64,000 bases of DNA from SAR202 cluster bacterium (GTDB lineage: Bacteria > Chloroflexota > Dehalococcoidia > Lucifugimonadales > UBA826): assembly GCA_022447825.1 (NCBI GenBank), contig JAKUTY010000004.1, positions 6,180-70,179 on the forward strand, read 5' to 3'. Under the pieces are notes generated by a model, which saw only the letters and a program-made list of their open reading frames with translations, had not been told where the DNA came from and ran no database searches. The first letter of the stretch is position 1. Each line of letters starts with the position of its first letter. Of this stretch, positions 46,805 to 54,610 are shown piece by piece. The translations under genes and the position numbers were made by a program.

Positions 46805-47536
46805 GTGTTGATGAACCAAGATGCTTCAGTTGTTCAATATTCTACCAAAGGAGCTATTGCTTTAATTAGTCTGAATAGGCCCAAACAAATTAATGCATTT
46901 AATGTTCAAATGAGGGATGAATTGTATGAGATTTTATCTCTGTTTCAGAAGGACGATTCTGTAAAAGTTGCCATCATTAAAGGCAATGGCCCAAAAGGAT
47001 TTTGTGCGGGGGCAGATTTAAGTGAGTTTGGTTCAGCCCCTTCACAAATTATAGCTAGAGAAGTAAGGTGGCAACGAGATTTGTGGGGATTGTTTTTAAA
47101 AATGCAGAAACCAATTATTGCTCAACTCCATGGTTTTGTTATTGGATCTGGCATTGAAATTGCTTCGTTTTGTGATTTAAGAGTTGCTACTGAATCAGCA
47201 AAATTTAAAATGCCAGAATCATCTTTAGGATTAATCCCTGCTGCTGGAGGGACTCAGACATTACCTAGATCAATAGGGACAGCAAATTCACTTAAAATGT
47301 TACTCACAAATTTTCAAGTTGATGCTAAAACTGCAAAAACAATTGGCTTGATAGATAGAATAGTCGATGATGAAAAACTGGAACAGGAAGTGTTCCTTAT
47401 TGCTAGACAAATGTGCAATATGCAAACTAATTTGGTGGGGTCAGTAAAAAAGTTAATAAGAAATGCATTAGATCATGATATTTCTAATGGAATTGTAGAA
47501 GAAAAATTTCAATCAAAAAAATTCTTATTAAGTTGA
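46805..47536 (+). CDS. Enoyl-CoA hydratase/isomerase family protein
   Basis: GFCAGADLSEF, GFVIGSGIEIASFCD and PESSLGLIPAAGGTQ motifs. GTG 46805 or ATG 46811 start. Confidence 0.85.
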   Translation: MLMNQDASVVQYSTKGAIALISLNRPKQINAFNVQMRDELYEILSLFQKDDSVKVAIIKGNGPKGFCAGADLSEFGSAPSQIIAREVRWQRDLWGLFLKMQKPIIAQLHGFVIGSGIEIASFCDLRVATESAKFKMPESSLGLIPAAGGTQTLPRSIGTANSLKMLLTNFQVDAKTAKTIGLIDRIVDDEKLEQEVFLIARQMCNMQTNLVGSVKKLIRNALDHDISNGIVEEKFQSKKFLLS

Positions 47537-47540
47537 ATCA

Positions 47541-47614
47541 TGGCTGCCCGGCCAGGATTCGAACCTGGGTCGAAGGAGTCAAAGTCCTTAGTGCTACCAC
47601 TACACCACCGGGCA
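47541..47614 (-). tRNA. tRNA-Gln (anticodon UUG), CCA encoded
   Basis: Manual cloverleaf on the minus strand: UGCCCGG-UG-GUGU-AGUGGUA-GCAC-U-AAGGA-CUUUGAC-UCCUU-CGAC-CCAGG-UUCGAAU-CCUGG-CCGGGCA-G-CCA. U1-A72 and G73 are typical of bacterial tRNA-Gln. Confidence 0.9.
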
Positions 47615-47651
47615 TTTAGATTCAGCTTGATAGTATATCCTAAGTTTCTGA

Positions 47652-48026
47652 CTAGGGTGCAATGATTTTGCCTAAATACAATCCTACAAATGCTGCAATT
47701 AATCCCAATATTAAAGTAGCTAAAATATTGATTGACGCTTTTAGATACTCTCCTTCAGACGCTAATTGTATAGTGTTAACTGTGATTGTTGAAAAAGTTG
47801 TGAATGATGCTAAAAATCCTATAGCTAAAAATAAATTATATTCTGAAGAAAATGTTTGTTTGTTTAAAGAATAACCTATGAATAGACCTAATATTATTGA
47901 ACCCAAAATGTTTATCAAAAGTATACTAATTAAATTAGATTTAAAATAACTGTCAGTAACTAATGTGATTCCATATCTTGAAACTGCACCTAATGCTCCT
48001 CCCAATGCCACCAAAATCCAATTCAT
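47652..48026 (-). CDS. crcB: Fluoride ion channel CrcB/Fluc
   Basis: 124 aa, 4 TM, GGALGAVSRY and TFSTF motifs. Overlaps trxB by 4 nt. Confidence 0.9.
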   Translation of the reverse strand: MNWILVALGGALGAVSRYGITLVTDSYFKSNLISILLINILGSIILGLFIGYSLNKQTFSSEYNLFLAIGFLASFTTFSTITVNTIQLASEGEYLKASINILATLILGLIAAFVGLYLGKIIAP

Positions 48027-48949
48027 TTTTTTGCCGTCTTAGTTATATGTTTATAAGCTGAAATCGCTGCGGTAGCTCCATCACTAGCGGAGGTGATTAA
48101 TTGAGAAAGTGACTTGTGTCTGATATCGCCTGCAGCAAATATTCCCGGTTGATTAGTGTTTAAGTTTTCATCAGTAATTATGTGCCCTGATTGATCAGTT
48201 GAAACAAGATCGTTGAAATGTTGAGAATTAGGGTTTAACCCTACAAATATAAATACTCCATCCATCCGTATTTTACTGATTTCATTATCGGATAAATTGA
48301 CAATTGAAATTTGTTCTACCATTCCATCTCCATGAATTTCTGAAATTTGGACATTGTATTTCACAGAAATTTTTTCATTTGATGCTACACGATCTTTTAA
48401 GATTTGTTGGGCGTGGAGACTTGGTTTGTTGCACAATATTTGTATTTCACTTGCAAATTCAGTAAGTGATAGGGCTTCTTGTAACGCAGAGTCTCCTCCT
48501 CCTACAACGCAAACTTTCTGGTCAATAAAAAAAGCTCCATCGCAAGTTGCGCAGTATGATACACCTCCACCGATTAATTCATGTTCACCAGGTATATTTA
48601 GTTTTGATAGAGTTGATCCTGCGGCGATAATTATTGTTTTGGTAGTTATTTCAGATTCAGATGATTGTATGAGCCAGGAATTTTTGGTTTTTGAAATTTT
48701 TGAAATCTCAGACATTACAAATTCTGACCCATTAGATTCAGCTTGATTTTTAATTAACTCAGTTAGTTCTGCTCCAGATATTCCGTTGGGAAACCCTGGG
48801 AAATCTTCTATTTTTTCTACATTAATTACCTGTCCTCCAGGGATTAAGTTTTCTATAACCTGAGTTTTTAACCCAAGTCTAGAAGAGTATATTGCTGCAG
48901 TCATGCCTGCTACACCTGATCCGATTATGACTACATCAAATTTTTCCAT
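48023..48949 (-). CDS. trxB: Thioredoxin-disulfide reductase
   Basis: VIIGSGVAGMTAA, redox-active CATCDG, and GGGDSA NADPH motif. Confidence 0.94.
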   Translation of the reverse strand: MEKFDVVIIGSGVAGMTAAIYSSRLGLKTQVIENLIPGGQVINVEKIEDFPGFPNGISGAELTELIKNQAESNGSEFVMSEISKISKTKNSWLIQSSESEITTKTIIIAAGSTLSKLNIPGEHELIGGGVSYCATCDGAFFIDQKVCVVGGGDSALQEALSLTEFASEIQILCNKPSLHAQQILKDRVASNEKISVKYNVQISEIHGDGMVEQISIVNLSDNEISKIRMDGVFIFVGLNPNSQHFNDLVSTDQSGHIITDENLNTNQPGIFAAGDIRHKSLSQLITSASDGATAAISAYKHITKTAKK

Positions 48950-49014
48950 GACTTATCTCCTGAAAAATGTATAGAATTGTTTATGAATTATAAAATATTT
49001 CTAGGAATGATTAA

Positions 49015-50193
49015 ATGAACAAACCACTGCAAAGTTTTTTTACCCATTTAGAATGTACATATTGTGGAGAAAAATTTGATAAAAATGTTGTAAATAGACT
49101 ATGTCAGATTTGTGGGAAAGTTTTGTTTGCAAAATATGATTTATTAAGCGCAGCACAATTCATTAATCCTAAAATTATTAAAAATCGTCCTCCTAATATG
49201 TGGAGATATTTTGAGGTGATGCCAGTGATTGATCCTCAATATGTGATTTCACTAGGAGAAGGTTTTACTCCTATTTTGAATTCTACAAATTTGGGTGATG
49301 AAATTGGAATTAAAGATTTACTTATTAAAGATGAAGGTTTAAATCCTACTGCTTCATTTAAGGCTAGAGGCCTATCTGCGGCTGTCTCAAAAGCTAAAGA
49401 ATTAGGTATTAAGTCTATTACTATGCCTTCTGCTGGAAATGCGGCAGGAGCCATGAGTTCATATGCGGCGAGAGCTGGTATTAAGTCTTATGTGTTCATG
49501 CCTAAAGATGCTCCATTTGCTAATAAAGAAGAAGCAGTGATTACAGGCGCTACCGTGGAGTTGATTGATGGGTTAATTAGTGATGCTGGAGTCATATCTA
49601 GAGAGAAAGCTCAACAAAATAATTGGTTTGATGTATCTACTTTACAAGAACCATATAGAGTAGAAGGCAAAAAGACGATGGGATATGAAATTGCAGAACA
49701 ATTGAATTGGGAAATTCCTGATGTCATTATTTACCCCACTGGTGGGGGTACAGGCATTGTAGGTATCTGGAAAGCTTTTGATGAGATGGAACAGATGGGT
49801 TGGATTGGAACCAAAAGACCTAGAATGTACGCTGTTCAAGCAGAAGGTTGTGCTCCTATTGTAAAGGCTTTTTTGAATAATGATGAGTTCGCTGAACCAT
49901 GGATTAATGCAAATACTTATGCATCTGGCATACGCGTGCCGTCAGCAATTGGAGATTATTTGATTTTAGATGCCTTAAGAAAAAGTAATGGTGGAGCGCT
50001 TACAGTTTCAGATAAAGAAATGAAAAGTATGACTAAGGTTATTTCAGAATTAGAAGGATTATTTGTTTGTCCAGAAGGTGCCGCAACTGCAGTAGCTTTG
50101 AAAAAACTGGTTTCGTCTCATGAAATTGATGCAGATGATCAAGTATTACTTCTTAATACAGGATCAGGATTGAAATATTTAGAATATAAATGA
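49015..50193 (+). CDS. Threonine synthase-family PLP enzyme with N-terminal zinc ribbon (ThrC, or possibly a cysteate-synthase-like paralog)
   Basis: CTYCG...CQICG ribbon, PTASFKARG PLP-lysine motif and PTGGGTG loop. Confidence 0.75.
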   Translation: MNKPLQSFFTHLECTYCGEKFDKNVVNRLCQICGKVLFAKYDLLSAAQFINPKIIKNRPPNMWRYFEVMPVIDPQYVISLGEGFTPILNSTNLGDEIGIKDLLIKDEGLNPTASFKARGLSAAVSKAKELGIKSITMPSAGNAAGAMSSYAARAGIKSYVFMPKDAPFANKEEAVITGATVELIDGLISDAGVISREKAQQNNWFDVSTLQEPYRVEGKKTMGYEIAEQLNWEIPDVIIYPTGGGTGIVGIWKAFDEMEQMGWIGTKRPRMYAVQAEGCAPIVKAFLNNDEFAEPWINANTYASGIRVPSAIGDYLILDALRKSNGGALTVSDKEMKSMTKVISELEGLFVCPEGAATAVALKKLVSSHEIDADDQVLLLNTGSGLKYLEYK

Positions 50194-50200
50194 GGATGAA

Positions 50201-52054
50201 GTGTTTGTAATTGGAACAGCAGGACATGTAGATCACGGAAAATCTAGCTTAGTAAATATTTTGTCTGGAATTGATCCTGATAGATGGCAGGAAGAAAAAG
50301 ATCGAGGAATGACTATAGATTTAGGGTTTGCTTGGTTCAAGCTTCCAAGTGGTAATGAAGTGAGTATTATCGATGTTCCTGGTCATGAAAAATTTGTAAA
50401 CCATATGCTTGCAGGAGTGGGGGGGATAGACCTTGCTTTAATGATAATTGCTGCAGATGAATCCATTATGCCTCAGACATTAGAGCATTTTCACATTTTA
50501 GATTTATTAGGGGTTTCTAAATCAATTATTGTTCTGACTAAAACAGATTTAGTTGATAAAGAATGGTTGAATTTAGTAGAGATAGAGTTGCAAGAATTTT
50601 TAGCTGGAACTAATTGGAAGGATTCACCTATCGTTCCCCTGTCAAATCGTACTAAAGAAGGAGTAAATCATTTAATTCATGAAATAGATAAGTGTTTAAA
50701 TATAATTGATACCCCAAAAAATATTGGGCTACCCAAAATATATGTCGATCGTTCCTTTTCAGTTAAAGGATTTGGTACTGTAGTTACAGGAACTTTAATC
50801 AATGGATCTGTTAAAGTGGGAGATGATTTGCAAATCATGCCTCAAGGAACTAAGACTAAAATTAGAGGAATACAAACTCATCAATCTAGCCATGAAGAAA
50901 TTAATCCTGGGACGAGAGTTGCTCTAAATTTGGCGGGTATTGATAAAAATGCTATCTCTAGAGGGGATTTATTAGTAAAACCTGAAACTACAGAAAATAC
51001 TTATGTTGTAGATGCATCATTTGTATTACTTAAAGAATATCCTAATGAACTTCGACATAATTTAAATGTCACTTTTCATGTTGGAAGTAGAGAATTGTTA
51101 GCGAAATTACGATTACTTGAAAAAAGTGTTCCTGTACCTGGAAAAGAACACTTTATTCAGTTTAAATTTGAAAATCCACAACCTATCTCTAAAGGTGAAA
51201 GATATGTGATTAGATCTAACATGAAAACTATTGGCGGTGGGATTATTTTAGATTTAAATGCTAAACGACATAAAAGAGGTGATGATAATTTGATTAAAAA
51301 ATTAGCATCTCTAAAAGAGGGATCTGTAAGTGCAAAAATAGTAAATTCATTAAATGAAAAAAATATAATGACATTCAATGCACTTTTGAGAGATTTGGAT
51401 ATTGATTTTGATGAATTGATTGAAGTGATTGAAGCATTAAAAAAAGAATCTAAGTTGATTCAACTTGGCGACGATTATATTGAATCGGAATTTATTCTTA
51501 ATCAATATCGATTAGAAAAAATTAAAGAAATTGAAAATTGTCTAATTTTATTTCATAAGGAATTTCCCCTTAGAAAAGGAATGAGTTCTCAATCTCTTAA
51601 AATTAATTTAGGAATTAATGAAATAATTTTCACGTATCTTATTGAATTCATGAAACATAAGAACATTTCTGAAACTTCAGGAATTATTTCATTAATAGAT
51701 TTTGTTCCTGAATTGAATAATGCCCAACTAGATTTTGTTAAATCTATGATAGAGGCTTTGAATCTAAACCCATTTAATGTAGAGCACATTACAAAATTTG
51801 ATGATGAAATTTTGAATTTTCTTTTAGTGGAAAATCTATTAGTTAAAATTGATGATGAATTTATAGTCACGCAGGAATTTTTCCAAACGATTCTGTATTC
51901 AGTTTCTGAACATATTCAAATAAATCAATCAATTACAGTTGGTGAATTCAGAGACTTATTCAATACAAGTAGAAAATTTGCTTTATTAATTTTAGAACAT
52001 CTTGATGCTAAGCAAGTCACAAAAAGGGTAGGGGATGTTCGTATATTAAGATAG
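50201..52054 (+). CDS. selB: Selenocysteine-specific translation elongation factor SelB
   Basis: MFVIGTAGHVDHGKSSLV, DVPGHEKF and TKTDL G-domain, plus a ~270-aa C-terminal winged-helix-like extension (617 aa total). GTG start with a GAGGA SD overlapping the upstream stop. Confidence 0.88.
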   Translation: MFVIGTAGHVDHGKSSLVNILSGIDPDRWQEEKDRGMTIDLGFAWFKLPSGNEVSIIDVPGHEKFVNHMLAGVGGIDLALMIIAADESIMPQTLEHFHILDLLGVSKSIIVLTKTDLVDKEWLNLVEIELQEFLAGTNWKDSPIVPLSNRTKEGVNHLIHEIDKCLNIIDTPKNIGLPKIYVDRSFSVKGFGTVVTGTLINGSVKVGDDLQIMPQGTKTKIRGIQTHQSSHEEINPGTRVALNLAGIDKNAISRGDLLVKPETTENTYVVDASFVLLKEYPNELRHNLNVTFHVGSRELLAKLRLLEKSVPVPGKEHFIQFKFENPQPISKGERYVIRSNMKTIGGGIILDLNAKRHKRGDDNLIKKLASLKEGSVSAKIVNSLNEKNIMTFNALLRDLDIDFDELIEVIEALKKESKLIQLGDDYIESEFILNQYRLEKIKEIENCLILFHKEFPLRKGMSSQSLKINLGINEIIFTYLIEFMKHKNISETSGIISLIDFVPELNNAQLDFVKSMIEALNLNPFNVEHITKFDDEILNFLLVENLLVKIDDEFIVTQEFFQTILYSVSEHIQINQSITVGEFRDLFNTSRKFALLILEHLDAKQVTKRVGDVRILR

Positions 52055-52387
52055 ATTAGCACTTGGGGAAATTTGACTTATTAAAGTTTCAGTAATTATT
52101 TTTTTTACCTCTTGTGAGTTAGAGCAAACATTTTCAATAGACTTTTGGAATAGAATGATTTTTTCAGGGATTTGTTTTTCATACCCATAACAATTTTTAT
52201 GAGGAATTTTTTCATGTAGGCTAAGGAGTTCTAAAGGGTCTTCAACTCCTGTGCCTAAAAGTTCTTCAGAAGAAGGTGTTTGCTTTAATTCAACTTCAAT
52301 GTTTTTGCACTTGATTCTGATTGAGGAATCTAGATCTTTAATAGATTCCTCAATCAATAAGTTGAAATCAGTTTGAGTAAATTCCAT
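52046..52387 (-). CDS. Hypothetical protein, resembles the DUF1025/zincin-like family but lacks HExxH
   Basis: 113 aa. The F-x-LIEESI...NIEVEL...EKIILFQKSI layout recalls small zincin-like proteins. The C-terminus reads TLISQISPS where HEIGHH is expected. Confidence 0.5.
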   Translation of the reverse strand: MEFTQTDFNLLIEESIKDLDSSIRIKCKNIEVELKQTPSSEELLGTGVEDPLELLSLHEKIPHKNCYGYEKQIPEKIILFQKSIENVCSNSQEVKKIITETLISQISPSANLS

Positions 52388-52480
52388 AAGCCCTCCAAGA
52401 TCAATTTATCATGATTTGTTATCGATTCATTAATTATGTTTAATTAGTTGATTGTTTGAATCACACAATGTATTCTACCT

Positions 52481-52501
52481 GAGTCTACTAAATGTAGACT
52501 C
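52481..52501 (+). promoter_or_regulatory. Perfect 8-bp inverted repeat, a candidate operator just downstream of a putative promoter
   Basis: GAGTCTAC-taaat-GTAGACTC. A possible promoter is TTGATT (52448-53), 17 nt, then TATTCT (52471-76). Lies 59 nt upstream of the thiolase-like gene. Confidence 0.4.
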
Positions 52502-52559
52502 GCGGGTTCACTTGTTTTTGAGTTTCCTGGTCCTAATATATACATGGAGGTATTAATAA

Positions 52560-53702
52560 ATGACCGATTTAAGAAAAACTGCTGCGATAGTTGGTGTTGA
52601 TGAATCAGATGAAATAGGTAAAGTGCCTGACAAGTCTAATTTACAACATCATGCTGAGGCAGCCCACAATGCTCTAGCAGATGCAGGGCTTTCATTAAAA
52701 GATGTTGATGGACTATTTACTGCTGGGACATCCACTCTTCAATTAGGAGAATATTTAGGAGTTAAGCCTTCTTTTGTTGACACAACTGCAGTTGGAGGAT
52801 CATCTTTTATTATTCATATTGCCCATGCTATTGCAGCCATTGATGCTGGATACTGTGATGTAGCACTAGTTACACATGGAGAGGCGGGAAGAAGCATGAG
52901 GAGTCGACCTGGTGGAAATGCATCAGATCCTGACCCTCAATATCAAACTCCATACGGGTTTATTGGTCAGCCAGTTGCATACTCTATGGCTGCACGCCGA
53001 TATATGCATATGTATGGTGAAGACAAGACTAGACAAGGAATGGCAGAAATTGCAGTGGCTACTAGGAAGTGGGCATTAAAACATCCTAAATCTTACATGA
53101 AAGATGAAATGAGTTTTGATGATTATCATAATTCACGATGGATTTCTTGGCCATTTCACTTGTTGGATTGTTGTTTAGTGACTGACGCTGGTGGTGCATT
53201 TGTCATTACATCTGCAGAAAGAGCTAAAGATACAGCTAAAAAGCCTGGGTATATTTTGGGAGCTGCAGAAGGTCAAACTCATGGAATGATTAGCCAAATG
53301 CCTGATTTGACTCGAACTAATGCTGTGAACAGTGGTCCTAAAGCTATGGAAATGGCAGGTATCACTCATTCAGATATTGATCTAGCTATGATTTATGATT
53401 CATTCACTTACACTGTAATGGCTACATTAGAGAGCTTAGGCTTTTGTGGGCCTGGTGAAGCTGCAGATTTTGTAGCTAATCAAAGAACTGCTCCAGGTGG
53501 TGATTTCGCCATGAATACCAATGGTGGTGGTCTTTCTCATACCCATTCAGGAATGTATGGAATGTTTTTGATACTTGAAGCAGTCCGACAGCTTCGAGGT
53601 GAATGTGGAGATAGGCAAATAAAAGATCATAATATCGCTTTAGTTAATGGAACTGGTGGATCCTTGTCATCTACTGGTACTACAGTTTTAGCGGTAGATT
53701 AA
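52560..53702 (+). CDS. Thiolase-superfamily protein (SCP-x/Ltp-like), nucleophilic Cys motif not evident
   Basis: 380 aa with a thiolase-like fold pattern (NTNGGGLSHTHSGMYG, VNGTGGS). VGGSSF sits where C(A/S)SG is expected. Followed by a DUF35 partner. Confidence 0.75.
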   Translation: MTDLRKTAAIVGVDESDEIGKVPDKSNLQHHAEAAHNALADAGLSLKDVDGLFTAGTSTLQLGEYLGVKPSFVDTTAVGGSSFIIHIAHAIAAIDAGYCDVALVTHGEAGRSMRSRPGGNASDPDPQYQTPYGFIGQPVAYSMAARRYMHMYGEDKTRQGMAEIAVATRKWALKHPKSYMKDEMSFDDYHNSRWISWPFHLLDCCLVTDAGGAFVITSAERAKDTAKKPGYILGAAEGQTHGMISQMPDLTRTNAVNSGPKAMEMAGITHSDIDLAMIYDSFTYTVMATLESLGFCGPGEAADFVANQRTAPGGDFAMNTNGGGLSHTHSGMYGMFLILEAVRQLRGECGDRQIKDHNIALVNGTGGSLSSTGTTVLAVD

Positions 53703-53720
53703 TACAGGAGAAAAATAATA

Positions 53721-54146
53721 ATGGCTTATAACAAACCAATTCCAGTTCCTCAAGGGGAATCAGATGTTTATTGGCAGAATGCGAAAAAAGGCGAACTATG
53801 GTTAAGATATTGTAATAGTTGTAAAGAAGCATATTTCTTTCCTACTGATATTTGTAGAGCAATACCTTGTGCTAATCCAAGAGATACAAAGTGGATCCAA
53901 GCATCAGGCAAGGCTACTCTTTATACTTTTGCAATTGTTGGATATGAGACTGGTAAGGCTCCACATCCAGGTTTTGAAGCTCCCTATGTAACTGCTATAG
54001 TTGAATTAGAGGAAGGACCAACCATGCCTACTAATATAGTTATGGATGATCCAACTCCAGAAAAATTGCAGATAGGTATGCCATTGGAAGTTGTTTTTGA
54101 AGATATTACAGATGAAATAGCTCTTCCTAAGTTTAAACCTGTGTAA
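53721..54146 (+). CDS. DUF35 OB-fold/zinc-ribbon protein (thiolase partner)
   Basis: 141 aa. Four-Cys ribbon CNSC...CRAIPC followed by an OB-fold region (TLYTFAIV). Confidence 0.8.
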   Translation: MAYNKPIPVPQGESDVYWQNAKKGELWLRYCNSCKEAYFFPTDICRAIPCANPRDTKWIQASGKATLYTFAIVGYETGKAPHPGFEAPYVTAIVELEEGPTMPTNIVMDDPTPEKLQIGMPLEVVFEDITDEIALPKFKPV

Positions 54147-54156
54147 ATTAGACTCT

Positions 54157-54190
54157 AATCACCCTGTGAAAATCAAATCACAGGGTGATT
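54157..54190. terminator. Bidirectional terminator hairpin between convergent DUF35 and DUF971 genes
   Basis: Perfect 13-bp stem: AAUCACCCUGUGA (54157-69) pairs with UCACAGGGUGAUU (54178-90), with an 8-nt loop. Confidence 0.7.
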
Positions 54191-54198
54191 ATTTGGGT

Positions 54199-54492
54199 TC
54201 ATGGGCACAATTCGTATAAGACGTTGAAAGGGAAAATTCCTGTGAAATGTCCATCACTCCACAAAAACTGTATCGCATAGTTTCCTATCATTAAGTGATC
54301 TTCAACTTCCAAATCATTGGGAATGCTGCCTGGGTCAAGAAGTTGTCTGTTGCTCCATTCTTCAACACATTCTGCGCATTGGCAGCTAATTCTTAATTCC
54401 CGACAGTCATAAGTACACTCTTTTCCATCATTCCATCTGATTAAAATTTTATTTCTATATAATCCAACTTTGTCTATAGATAATTTATTCAA
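54199..54492 (-). CDS. DUF971-domain protein
   Basis: 97 aa. The RELRISCQCAECVEE and Y-A-I-x-F-x-WSDGH pattern is typical of DUF971. TTG start. Confidence 0.75.
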   Translation of the reverse strand: MNKLSIDKVGLYRNKILIRWNDGKECTYDCRELRISCQCAECVEEWSNRQLLDPGSIPNDLEVEDHLMIGNYAIQFLWSDGHFTGIFPFNVLYELCP

Positions 54493-54610
54493 TATATGAT
54501 CCTATCTTTTGATATGTTGACCAAAGTATATCCGAATGGTAGTCTCGAATCACACCATTTTCCCTTCTTTAGGTTGTAGTTTTAATATAAAGATATAAAT
54601 ACGTTAATTT

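Noticed and set aside
47537-47651. tRNA-Gln as an integration hotspot or island boundary
   Set aside because: No integrase, direct repeat of the tRNA 3' end, or atypical genes flank it. Its neighbours are housekeeping genes (crotonase, crcB, trxB).
48023-48060. Fluoride riboswitch upstream of crcB
   Set aside because: crcB overlaps the end of trxB by 4 nt, so there is no non-coding space for a riboswitch.
54493-54610. Possible T-box upstream of thrS
   Set aside because: There is no GGUGGNACCGCG-like T-box sequence and no terminator hairpin in the 118-nt spacer.
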